Positions 37,789 to 46,549 of a DNA stretch of 64,000 nt are shown here, one piece after another. This stretch comes from an uncultured Candidatus Saccharibacteria bacterium (lineage in GTDB: Bacteria > Patescibacteriota > Minisyncoccia > 2-02-FULL-40-12 > GWA2-44-9), in NCBI GenBank assembly GCA_964513645.1, contig CAZENF010000001.1:135303-199302 (forward strand). The letters are read 5' to 3'. Both the position numbers and the translations under genes were made by a program. A model generated the notes under the pieces. The model was not told the origin of the DNA. It did not search any database and saw only the letters and a program-made list of their open reading frames with translations. The number at the start of each line of letters is the position of its first letter. Position 1 is the stretch's first letter.

Positions 37789-38808
37789 ATGAGAAGACCG
37801 ACCAAGCTTTTTCCTGAAATAAAAGAAATAAGATATGAATTTTTACAGCCCAAGACGGTTCCCGCACCCGAATCTGAAAAAAAACCTGCCGCTTCTCAAG
37901 CAAATGAAATACACCGGGTTTATTATGAAGTTTGCGGAAATCCAAAAGGCAAGCCGATAGTTTTTTTGCCGGGCGGACCGGGCGGCGGACTTGAACCGAA
38001 AGACAGACGTTTCTTTGACCCTAAAAAATGGCGCATCTTCCTAATAGAATTACGTGGTTCTGGCAAATCAAAACCTTCCCGTGAACTCGAAAACAACACT
38101 ACTCAACACGCTGTTTCAGATATATTTCAGATCTTAGAAAGAAACAAGATTAAAAGGGCCGCTTTTTTTGGAGGCTCCTGGGCTTCTTGCTTAGCTTCAG
38201 TTTATACCATAACCCATCCTGAAACTGTGTCCGGTCTTGTTTTGAGAGGAATATTTTTAGGAGAAGAAGAAGAGACCGAAGATTACTTTTCCGGCAAATT
38301 GGCAAAAACCGAATACGCAAAGAAGGCATGGCAAAGATTTTTCAATCACGCCAATCCTGAATTAGGCTGGACTACCCAGATGTATTACTACCATCAGATG
38401 AATTCCAAAAAAGAAGCCGACTTCAGGCGGGAATACTTTGCCTATGAGTGGTGCCGATATGAAACCTGCCTTCTTTATCAGAAGCCGAAACCGGAAGCTG
38501 AGATAGAGAAAGAGATCCGAAGCTGCAACTTTGAGGCCTGGGCCCTGATGGAAGCCCATTATTTTGTCCATAATTGTTTCATTGAAGACAGATTCATCAT
38601 TAACAACGCTTCAAAATTCCCCGATGTGCCCGTCAGCATCATCCAAGGCCGCGATGATATGGTCTGTCCGCCAAAGAGCGCCCACCGTCTTCACAAAGCA
38701 TTACCTGGTTCGTCGCTCTATATGGTCAATGCCGGCCATTCTTCAAGCGAACCGGAAATTTTAAAAAAATTAGTCTCCGAGATTGATATCCTTTACGATA
38801 AAATCTGA
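37789..38808 (+). CDS. pip: Proline iminopeptidase (alpha/beta hydrolase, S33)
   Basis: VYYEVCGNPKGKPIVFLPGGPGGG N-terminal signature, a GGSWAS nucleophile elbow, and C-terminal NAGHS. Confidence 0.85.
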   Translation: MRRPTKLFPEIKEIRYEFLQPKTVPAPESEKKPAASQANEIHRVYYEVCGNPKGKPIVFLPGGPGGGLEPKDRRFFDPKKWRIFLIELRGSGKSKPSRELENNTTQHAVSDIFQILERNKIKRAAFFGGSWASCLASVYTITHPETVSGLVLRGIFLGEEEETEDYFSGKLAKTEYAKKAWQRFFNHANPELGWTTQMYYYHQMNSKKEADFRREYFAYEWCRYETCLLYQKPKPEAEIEKEIRSCNFEAWALMEAHYFVHNCFIEDRFIINNASKFPDVPVSIIQGRDDMVCPPKSAHRLHKALPGSSLYMVNAGHSSSEPEILKKLVSEIDILYDKI

Positions 38809-38826
38809 TCCCCTGCGGGGGATCAT

Positions 38827-39849
38827 TTAATTTTTAGTGCTGTAGATTATTTTGCCGTTCTCAAAAACATGGAAAGAATCGTTCTCTTCAGAAACTGTAA
38901 AAATAGTTGTGCCCTTGAAAACATATGAAGCGGTGATCGCGGATAAATGTCGTGAATGGACCTTTCCCCTGAACCCGAACTGTTCAGACAGGTCTTTGAA
39001 TTTTCCAGGATTAAGCTTATCGGCGATAACCCGCGGGCGCAAACCCTCGATAATTATTCCTGAATGGATAATATTGCCGTGACGATCTATCAGGATCGCA
39101 CCGTCAAAATTAACCGTCGTTTCAAAGTCATATTTGTGGGTCTTATAATGCTCGAGGATGTTCTGACGATGCTTTACATATATATCCTGTCCGGAATCGG
39201 GCAGATCGGTAAATTTTCTCCACTTATCCTGCCAACCTAAAATGACAAAAAGACCAAAACCTCTTTTCTGGTTCATCAGTTTAAGGATGAGTTTTGAGGT
39301 TTTTAATCTTAATTTTTCAGGAAATTTTATTTTTGACCGCTGAAAAACGTTTTTTAACTCATAGAGCATCTTTTCGATATCAAGCACCCGGACCGGTTTT
39401 AACCTGTCGACATATTTGGCTAGAAGCCAGGAACTCGACTGAACTTTACCACCTTTACCAATATTAAATATCATTTTTGCGCCGACCTTGCGGCAGGCTT
39501 CGACTTCAGGAATATCATTCTCATTCTTCCTGTCTCCGCCGTTGGCAAAAATATCTGGTTTTATTTTGAGTATCTCTTTAGAAACGCTCATATCCTTCGG
39601 ATTTTTGGGGTGACCGGTTATAACAACCGCATCCACACCGAAGATGGATTCGATTACCTCTTTGCGCTCTTTTTGATGCATAAAAACATGGTTCTTCTTT
39701 TTTTTGAGCCAGTTATCGTTGTTTAATATTACAATCAGCCGGTCACCTAGTTTTTTGGCCTCTTGGAACATCCGAATATGGCCGATGTGAACCGGGTCAA
39801 ATCCACCTGAGACAACGACGGTAGTTAATTTTTTTTCACCTATATTCAT
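38827..39849 (-). CDS. Fusion of a HIGH-motif nucleotidyltransferase (cytidylyltransferase-like) with a DAC-like (diadenylate-cyclase/DisA_N-like) domain
   Basis: N-terminus GGFDPVHIGHIRMF. The C-terminal region (~38827-39280) carries GFGLFVI, DGAILIDRHGNII, HSRHLSAI (RHL in place of RHR) and TVSEE. Confidence 0.6.
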   Translation of the reverse strand: MNIGEKKLTTVVVSGGFDPVHIGHIRMFQEAKKLGDRLIVILNNDNWLKKKKNHVFMHQKERKEVIESIFGVDAVVITGHPKNPKDMSVSKEILKIKPDIFANGGDRKNENDIPEVEACRKVGAKMIFNIGKGGKVQSSSWLLAKYVDRLKPVRVLDIEKMLYELKNVFQRSKIKFPEKLRLKTSKLILKLMNQKRGFGLFVILGWQDKWRKFTDLPDSGQDIYVKHRQNILEHYKTHKYDFETTVNFDGAILIDRHGNIIHSGIIIEGLRPRVIADKLNPGKFKDLSEQFGFRGKVHSRHLSAITASYVFKGTTIFTVSEENDSFHVFENGKIIYSTKN

Positions 39850-39850
39850 A

Positions 39851-40324
39851 TTAAATACTTGTTACCTCCTTAAGGTCGCTTGAAATTATTTCGTCATGGC
39901 CTCTGAACAAAAAATGGCCCTTAAACTTCTTGCCTTCAAGACACAATGGCAGCCAATATTTATCGTCCGGCCACATTTGATCAAAAGGGATCTCTTTGAT
40001 GTCGAACCATTGCGGTTTCATCTCTTCGCTTTCAACAAATTCGCCTGTAAAGTCCGGGGTTTTAAACACGTTAACCTCAAGGATTACCGGATCATTAAAA
40101 AACTCAAAATTTATCACGCCAACCCTTTCAATCGAACCAGTTTTTATGCCCGCTTCTTCATAAAGTTCTCTCCGGGCGGCGTCTTCGAGCAATTCCCCAG
40201 GTTCAACCTTTCCACCGAAGCCGTTCCACCTGCCGGCTCCGAATCCCCTTTTTTTCATACCTAAAAGAACCTGCGTATGCTTATGAACTATACATAGAGT
40301 TAAGATTGTTTTGCTTTTTTCCAA
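39851..40324 (-). CDS. NUDIX hydrolase
   Basis: Nudix box GGKVEPGELLEDAARRELYEEAGI. Confidence 0.85.
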   Translation of the reverse strand: MEKSKTILTLCIVHKHTQVLLGMKKRGFGAGRWNGFGGKVEPGELLEDAARRELYEEAGIKTGSIERVGVINFEFFNDPVILEVNVFKTPDFTGEFVESEEMKPQWFDIKEIPFDQMWPDDKYWLPLCLEGKKFKGHFLFRGHDEIISSDLKEVTSI

Positions 40325-40325
40325 A

Positions 40326-40814
40326 TTATTCGCGAGGAATATTTAACTTTTTACGCATTATCATAACCAGGACAAAAAGAGTTGTCGACGAAGCGGCAGA
40401 AGTTAAACAATAGATACAGAGTGCTTTTAGGATAAATATCTGAATGCCTAACAAACTCAATGACACCAAAAACGCCGCTGTGGTCATGAGACTTAAAAGT
40501 TTAAGCCAAATATTCCCGCCGTAAAGGTCGTATATATTTACAGCCAAGAAGACCGAGGCATAGAAACCTAAACCCCACCAACTTAAATGAATGCCGGCAA
40601 AAACAGAATATTTACTGGTCAGAACTTTTTCGCAACCGTTAACAATAATACACTTGATAGTACCTCCATAGATCTCATTGAGTATCAGATAGAGAGTGTC
40701 GCCGATGCCGACAAGAGAAACGGCCATGACGGACCATGGCCAAAGCTTAGACGGTTTAACCTGGGTATTATTTTCCGGCGAGGGCTTGATCGATGAGAGA
40801 TTTGAATCCATCAT
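40326..40814 (-). CDS. Vitamin K epoxide reductase (VKOR)-family membrane protein
   Basis: TM protein with the Cys motif KCIIVNGCEKVLTSKYSVFAGIHLSWWG. It is adjacent to a DsbA-like gene. Confidence 0.65.
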   Translation of the reverse strand: MMDSNLSSIKPSPENNTQVKPSKLWPWSVMAVSLVGIGDTLYLILNEIYGGTIKCIIVNGCEKVLTSKYSVFAGIHLSWWGLGFYASVFLAVNIYDLYGGNIWLKLLSLMTTAAFLVSLSLLGIQIFILKALCIYCLTSAASSTTLFVLVMIMRKKLNIPRE

Positions 40815-41409
40815 AACTGGCAGGATTATTTAGTTTAATACCGTTCAAATAGAAGGTCGGGGTCGAATTTACCCCCAGTCCCGCACCTTGCTGATAATCC
40901 TTCTCAACTGCATCGCTGGCCACAGTTGAATCCATGTCTTTAAGGAATTGGTCCTTATTCATGCCAAGAGACTGAGCATAGGAAACAAATTTTTGTTTAG
41001 CTGCGTCGTTAGACAAACTCGCCCATTGATCCTGGTTGGTAAACAACTGGTCTTCCATTTCGTTGAATTTATTTTGCAAGCGGGCCGCCTCGCCTGCTTG
41101 AGCAGCTATTTGGGCGTTCGGATGTATCTGCCTCAATGGAAAATATTTATAAACTATCGTGAGTTTATCGCCATAATCGGAGCGGAGCTGTTTCACGAAC
41201 GGATAATAGTAACCGCAAGCGGGACATTCAAAATCGGCAAACTCAACAAGGACAGCTTTGCCGGGTCCGGACGGCTGGAAACCTTCATCCGTAATTGCAG
41301 GGCCGGGATTATTGGCTTGGTTCTGGCCGTTCTTTATCAGCCAGAAGATACCGAAAAATGTCAGACCAAACACTGCAAGAAGTATTAAACGTGATGTTAA
41401 ATTTTTCAT
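40768..41409 (-). CDS. DsbA-like thioredoxin-fold oxidoreductase
   Basis: Signal peptide plus the active-site motif FADFECPACGYYYP. Confidence 0.8.
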   Translation of the reverse strand: MKNLTSRLILLAVFGLTFFGIFWLIKNGQNQANNPGPAITDEGFQPSGPGKAVLVEFADFECPACGYYYPFVKQLRSDYGDKLTIVYKYFPLRQIHPNAQIAAQAGEAARLQNKFNEMEDQLFTNQDQWASLSNDAAKQKFVSYAQSLGMNKDQFLKDMDSTVASDAVEKDYQQGAGLGVNSTPTFYLNGIKLNNPASYDGFKSLIDQALAGK

Positions 41410-41471
41410 AATGGAGCCATTATAAAATAAAATTACGGTAAATACAAATTAGGTTAAATAAAAACCGAGCT

Positions 41472-42074
41472 TCATTGCTCGGTAAACACTTTGTTTACGT
41501 CTCCAAGAAAGACATCCAGAAATCTTCGGGTCATATTCACAGTAAGTCCATAAACATTTCCAATATCACAGTAAAAATTTTCATAATACTTTTTCAGCAA
41601 ATGATTATATTGATCAAATCCGCCAGAATGCTCATAGCCATATCCCATATCAATATAAAGTTCGGCTACTTCGACGGGTATCTGCGTGAACCTTATTTCG
41701 GCCTGGTCAACACCCCAAAGTCTCTGGCCTCCGAACAAATTTGTCACCACAACCGACGTAACCGTCCTCAAGGGGTATTTATGGGCAGTCAGAAGAAAAA
41801 CAAACGCCTCCGATTCGTCGACAGGTTTTTCACGTATAACGTTGTTATAGAGAACTACCTGGTCCGAAGTTATCAGAATAGCTCTATGCACCGGGAGCCT
41901 GCTTCTAATGGCATTTGCCTTGGCATGAGCCAATTTTGTGACCAATTTGACAGGGTCCTTATGGCGGATAGCCCTTTCATTTATTTCTGCAGGGACAACA
42001 CCGAATAATTTGTGACCCATTTTTTGAAGAACTCTTTTCCTGCCTTCAGAACGTGAACCGAGAATCAGCCTCAT
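41472..42074 (-). CDS. maf: Maf-like nucleotide pyrophosphatase
   Basis: MRLILGSRSEGRKRVL and VVLYNNVIREKP are Maf-family features. Confidence 0.75.
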   Translation of the reverse strand: MRLILGSRSEGRKRVLQKMGHKLFGVVPAEINERAIRHKDPVKLVTKLAHAKANAIRSRLPVHRAILITSDQVVLYNNVIREKPVDESEAFVFLLTAHKYPLRTVTSVVVTNLFGGQRLWGVDQAEIRFTQIPVEVAELYIDMGYGYEHSGGFDQYNHLLKKYYENFYCDIGNVYGLTVNMTRRFLDVFLGDVNKVFTEQ

Positions 42075-42164
42075 GAACCTCCTCTGGGTTAAAATCTACG
42101 AACGATATATTTTAACACTTTTTAAGACAAAAACAACCCCGCGGGTTTCGCGGGTATAGTCTGT

Positions 42165-42437
42165 TCAGAAAACAGCGAATTTGGACCAGTTTTTTGGGTC
42201 TAATATTCTGCCCACTCGAAGATCAAACCTGTCAGACAAAAGAAGGCAATTAGAATCTGAAACGATAGGCATTATTTTCCAGATTAATTTTTTAGAATTG
42301 AGATCATGCCGACCCTGGACAATAAGAAAGGTATCGTGTTTTTTCTGCCAAGCCACAACGGTCCAAACATCTTCAGGTTTATTTGCAGAACAGATAACGT
42401 CTCCGGGTTTTAATTCCCGGAACTCCATGTCTCTCAT
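42165..42437 (-). CDS. Hypothetical small protein (internal start chosen)
   Basis: The ORF's N-terminal 66 aa are Arg-rich and of low plausibility. Start proposed at MRDMEF. Confidence 0.3.
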   Translation of the reverse strand: MRDMEFRELKPGDVICSANKPEDVWTVVAWQKKHDTFLIVQGRHDLNSKKLIWKIMPIVSDSNCLLLSDRFDLRVGRILDPKNWSKFAVF

Positions 42438-42535
42438 CGGCAGACCGATAAACAAGGACTGGCCAGATATTATCATATTTGAAATGATTTTACAAAAATA
42501 CATTTGTATTGTATAAATATGGCTGGAGGTGAGAA

Positions 42536-42712
42536 ATGGTAGGAACGAGAGACGACTACGAAAGAACCGCCACCGCGGTTGCCTGGAGAGTCGCCGCCCT
42601 CGTCGCATTTGTTGCCTGGATAGCAACCGGCTCATTCATGATAGGTCTGGCCTGGGGAGTTCTGTGCATCCCTCTTCCGTGGATGCTAACCTATTTCACA
42701 CGCCATCCCTGA
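42536..42712 (+). CDS. High-GC small membrane protein (58 aa)
   Basis: AGGAGGTGA RBS upstream. One TM helix. GC-rich. Followed by a T-tract hairpin. Confidence 0.35.
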   Translation: MVGTRDDYERTATAVAWRVAALVAFVAWIATGSFMIGLAWGVLCIPLPWMLTYFTRHP

Positions 42713-43227
42713 CCGCCCGCCCGCCCGCCGCTAATCCGGCAGGCTTTTTTATTTAATATTTGAAACTATTGACAGATTGAGGTGAAATGTGTTATACTTG
42801 GATGGTGCAGAGGCGGTTAGACTCCGTCCTCATGGCTCCCTCGGAGATGCGACCATTTCAGAGTCGCTATCACTCCGAGGGATTTTCTATTTTCCATGAC
42901 ATTTCACATTCGCGCTACTACGCTCAGTATTTCGCGACCTTCGTCACTTAACTTATATTTGTTTACATGCCCACAAGAGTGTGCTATGGTGTGGTTGGTA
43001 CTTTTTAGGAAAAATATATGGAAAATAAGACTACGGAACAGATCGTTCAAGAAATTCAGGCTCAAGCTGATGCTTGTGCAAATGCAAGGCCCTCATTTCC
43101 ATTCTGGTTGCTTTGCAAGCTGATCTATCTTGACATTCGTGGCCGAAAGGTCAAACGTGTTGATCTTTTTCCTCCATATAATATAGAATTTGCCGATTCC
43201 ATCTCATAACCCCATTTTGGGGTTTTA

Positions 43228-46014
43228 TTATTTTCCATGGCATTTCTTGTATTTTTTCCCTGAACCACACCAACAAGGGTCGTTGCGGCCCGCCTTAACT
43301 TCGCCCTGGCGAGGCGAGCCAGGTTCGGGATGGTCATTTTGAAGCGGCCGATGAGATGGTTCGTTTATTTGAGTTTGATGTGTATGCTGGTCAACGGTAA
43401 CATCCGGCCTGCCCGCCAAAGTTTCAACGACGGCGGGACGACGTTCTTCCATTTTAACTTCGCGTGGTTGCTGCATCATCTGGACCTTGAAGATCGTGTT
43501 GGCAAACTGGCCTTTGACCGAATACTGAAGATTTTCAAACATTTTCTGGCCTTCTATCTTATACTCGATGAGAGGGTCACGTTGGCCGTAAGCCCTCAAC
43601 CGTACCGAATCACGCAAAGATTCCATCGCTTCAATATGATCCATCCAAAGTTCGTCGATCGTCCGGAGAAGGACAAACCTTTCGAGCTGGCGCATCATTT
43701 CCGGACCAAGACTTTTTTCTCTGTTTTCATAGGCCTTAACAACGTAATCAATGACGAAATGCGCGAAGTTATGATGATCGTGGTCACCGGCCGCCTCGAG
43801 AAGTTTAGAATGAAGAGCGTCGTCCTGTCCGATAATAGATTTGAGAGCTTCGGCAATCTCTTCAATATTCCACTCTCCCCCGTCTTCGGGCGCATGAACC
43901 GCAACCATATTATTCACTACATCTAAAATATAGCCCATAACCGTTTCCCGGATATTTTCAGACAACAAAACCTCATGCCGCAAACGATAAACCGCTTCAC
44001 GATGTTTGTTCATCACATCATCATATTCGAGAACATATTTTCTAATATCAAAATTATGCCCCTCGATCCGTGTCTGGGCCTGTTCTATTGCGCCAGATAT
44101 GAATCGATTCTCGATAACATCGTCTTCGCCTATTCCAAGAGTTTCCATCATATTCTTTAAACGGTCGCCGCCGAAAATGCGGATAACATCATCTTCGGTT
44201 GAAACAAAGAATTGCGATGAACCGGGATCACCCTGACGGCCGGAACGGCCACGAAGCTGGTCATCTATCCGGCGGGCTTCGTGTCGTTCGGTACCGATGA
44301 CATGCAGACCGCCAGCCTGTCTGACTTTTTCAGATTCTTCTTTGTCGGGCGGATTGCCGCCCAAAATTATATCGACGCCACGGCCGGCCATATTCGTGGC
44401 CACCGTTACCGCACCCAAGCGTCCGGCCTGGGCATGAAGTTCAGCTTCTTTTTCATGCTGTTTGGCGTTTAAAACATTATGTCTGACGCCTTCCCGGTCG
44501 AGAAGTTTAGACATCAGCTCATTTTTTTCTATTGAAACCGTTCCAATAAGAACCGGCTGGCCTTTTTCATGTCGTTCCTTTGCTTCTCTCGCCACTGCCC
44601 GGAACTTGCCCATTTCGGTTTTGTATATTCGGTCAGCTAAATCATCACGAATTGCAGTTTTGTTGGTCGGAACAGAAACAACGTCAAGACTATAAACTTT
44701 GTGGAACTCTTCAGCGGATGTCCTGGCCGTTCCTGTCATTCCGCCCAATTTTTTATATAAACGGAAATAATTCTGAAAAGTTATCGTGGCCAGAGTTCTG
44801 GATTCTTTCTGAACGCTTACACCTTCCTTGGCCTCAACGGCCTGATGAAGACCTTCAGACCAGCGTCGGCCCGGCATTAAACGTCCGGTAAATTCATCGA
44901 CAATGATAACCTCGCCGTCTTTAACAACATAATCTCTATCGCGCTTGAAAAGTATCTGGGCTTTTAATGCCTGCTCCAGATGATGAACATAACGAATTCC
45001 GCCTTGGTCATAGATATTCGAAAGACCAAGAATTTTCTCAACTTTTTCGATGCCGGCCTCGGTTATGGACACAGCTTTTAATTTTTCATCGACATTATAG
45101 TCGTCATTTTCAACAAGCCGCGGAGTAACCTTGGAGAATGTCCGGTAAAGTTCGGTAGAATCTGTATCGGGAGCAGAGATTATAAGAGGGGTCCTGGCTT
45201 CGTCAATCAAAATTGAGTCAACTTCATCCACTATCGCAAAATTAAATTCACCAGTTCTTTGAGACATTTGCTTAACGTCATAGGCCATATTATCCCTAAG
45301 ATAATCAAATCCATATTCGTTGTTGGTCCCATAAGTAATATCTGCGCCGTAGGATTCTTTTTTATCGACTGGACGTAGAAATTCATGAACAACATGAAAA
45401 CTTCCAATAGTATCCCTTTCTTTATCCAATTCTTTTTCTGATTTTGAATTTTGATTATTAGGATTTTGGATTTGTTTGGAATTTGGCGCTTGGAATTTGG
45501 AATTTGTACTTATATGACTTTCGTCATATAAGTAGCTGGCATCATGATTGATACAACCGACTGTCAGACCCAGAGCATTGTATATCTGGCCCATCCAGGC
45601 CGCATCGCGTCTGGCCAGATAATCGTTGACCGTCACCACGTGCACACCTTTGCCCGATAAAGCGTTCAGATAAGCGGGTAAGGTGGCAACCAAGGTTTTA
45701 CCTTCACCGGTCCGCATTTCGGATATCTTTCCCTGATGAAGTACTATGCCGCCAATCAGCTGGACGTCAAAATGTCTCTGGCCGAGAGTTCTTTTTGAGG
45801 CTTCGCGAACCGCTGCAAACGCTTCCGGCAGAATATCATCCAGAGTTTCTTCTTTATTGATCCGTTTTTTGAATTCTGATGTTCTGGCCTTTAATTCAGC
45901 ATCTGAAAGCTTCTCGTAATTTTTTTCGAGTTCGTTTATTTTTTCTATTACTGGCTCAAGCGATTTAACGTAGCGTTCGTTCGCGTCGCCGAAAATTTTG
46001 CCTAAAAATGACAT
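43228..46014 (-). CDS. secA: Preprotein translocase ATPase SecA
   Basis: Full-length SecA with a C-terminal zinc finger CWCGSGKKYKKCHGK. It contains an in-frame low-complexity insertion at 45440-45532. Confidence 0.95.
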   Translation of the reverse strand: MSFLGKIFGDANERYVKSLEPVIEKINELEKNYEKLSDAELKARTSEFKKRINKEETLDDILPEAFAAVREASKRTLGQRHFDVQLIGGIVLHQGKISEMRTGEGKTLVATLPAYLNALSGKGVHVVTVNDYLARRDAAWMGQIYNALGLTVGCINHDASYLYDESHISTNSKFQAPNSKQIQNPNNQNSKSEKELDKERDTIGSFHVVHEFLRPVDKKESYGADITYGTNNEYGFDYLRDNMAYDVKQMSQRTGEFNFAIVDEVDSILIDEARTPLIISAPDTDSTELYRTFSKVTPRLVENDDYNVDEKLKAVSITEAGIEKVEKILGLSNIYDQGGIRYVHHLEQALKAQILFKRDRDYVVKDGEVIIVDEFTGRLMPGRRWSEGLHQAVEAKEGVSVQKESRTLATITFQNYFRLYKKLGGMTGTARTSAEEFHKVYSLDVVSVPTNKTAIRDDLADRIYKTEMGKFRAVAREAKERHEKGQPVLIGTVSIEKNELMSKLLDREGVRHNVLNAKQHEKEAELHAQAGRLGAVTVATNMAGRGVDIILGGNPPDKEESEKVRQAGGLHVIGTERHEARRIDDQLRGRSGRQGDPGSSQFFVSTEDDVIRIFGGDRLKNMMETLGIGEDDVIENRFISGAIEQAQTRIEGHNFDIRKYVLEYDDVMNKHREAVYRLRHEVLLSENIRETVMGYILDVVNNMVAVHAPEDGGEWNIEEIAEALKSIIGQDDALHSKLLEAAGDHDHHNFAHFVIDYVVKAYENREKSLGPEMMRQLERFVLLRTIDELWMDHIEAMESLRDSVRLRAYGQRDPLIEYKIEGQKMFENLQYSVKGQFANTIFKVQMMQQPREVKMEERRPAVVETLAGRPDVTVDQHTHQTQINEPSHRPLQNDHPEPGSPRQGEVKAGRNDPCWCGSGKKYKKCHGK

Positions 46015-46037
46015 GGATTAGTTATTTTAGCACGTTT

Positions 46038-46083
46038 TTACCCAAGATAAAAGCGGTTTCAAACCGCTTTTATCTTGGGTAAA
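46038..46083. other. Long perfect inverted repeat (21-bp arms) between secA and the hibernation-factor gene, possibly a terminator or regulatory hairpin
   Basis: TACCCAAGATAAAAGCGGTTT-c-AAACCGCTTTTATCTTGGGTA. Confidence 0.5.
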
Positions 46084-46086
46084 ATT

Positions 46087-46416
46087 CTATTTTTTAACCC
46101 GCCGGGAGAGGTCTTTGGCCTTGTTTTTTAATTTTTTTATCTGGACCTGAAGCTCATGTTCGACTTTTGTTATCGCCGAACGCAAGTCAACGTGTTCCGA
46201 TTCCCCTCTCAATAAAACTCCGCCTGTTTTTAAGTTTACCTCGGCGTAGAAAACCGGCCCTTTGCGATGCTGTTCCGAAGGTTTGCCGATCTCGACCCTG
46301 GCTTCCGAATCGTCCTTGCCTTTAAAGAATTTAGCGAGATTGCCGATCTTCGCCTCGACAAAAACCCTTAACGGTTCGTCGAGAGTTATGTTTTTTGTGG
46401 TTATGGATATTTTCAT
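46087..46416 (-). CDS. hpf: Ribosome hibernation promoting factor (HPF/RaiA family)
   Basis: MKISITTKNITLDEPLRVFVE … VNLKTGGVLLRGESEHVDLRSAI. The start codon lies in the terminal repeat of IR element copy 1. Confidence 0.85.
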   Translation of the reverse strand: MKISITTKNITLDEPLRVFVEAKIGNLAKFFKGKDDSEARVEIGKPSEQHRKGPVFYAEVNLKTGGVLLRGESEHVDLRSAITKVEHELQVQIKKLKNKAKDLSRRVKK

Positions 46417-46529
46417 CCCGTACGAAGTAGCCTTTACAGGGTCTGAAGGTCAAACGTTTGCCATTCAAATCCATGCAAAGACTTCACCTATTGTCCCGCT
46501 AAAGTTTTTACTACTTCGTACGGGATTCA
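46412..46529 (-). repeat. IR element copy 1 (118 bp, inverted orientation)
   Basis: TTCAT|CCCGTACGAAGT … ACTTCGTACGGGA|TTCAT. The reverse complement of the left end gives GGGATGAAA, which is the hpf start codon. Confidence 0.7.
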
Positions 46530-46549
46530 TGCAAATCATTATATTATCT

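Noticed and set aside
42770-43010. tmRNA, RNase P RNA or SRP RNA in the structured intergenic region
   Set aside because: There is no tRNA-like 3' end (GGTTCGANTCC…CCA), no RNase P P4 consensus and no SRP domain IV motif. It is kept only as an unclassified hairpin-rich region.
46038-46083. The long perfect palindrome as a second kind of mobile-element end
   Set aside because: It is a single copy with no matching partner in the window. Its position between two gene ends fits better with a terminator or regulatory hairpin.
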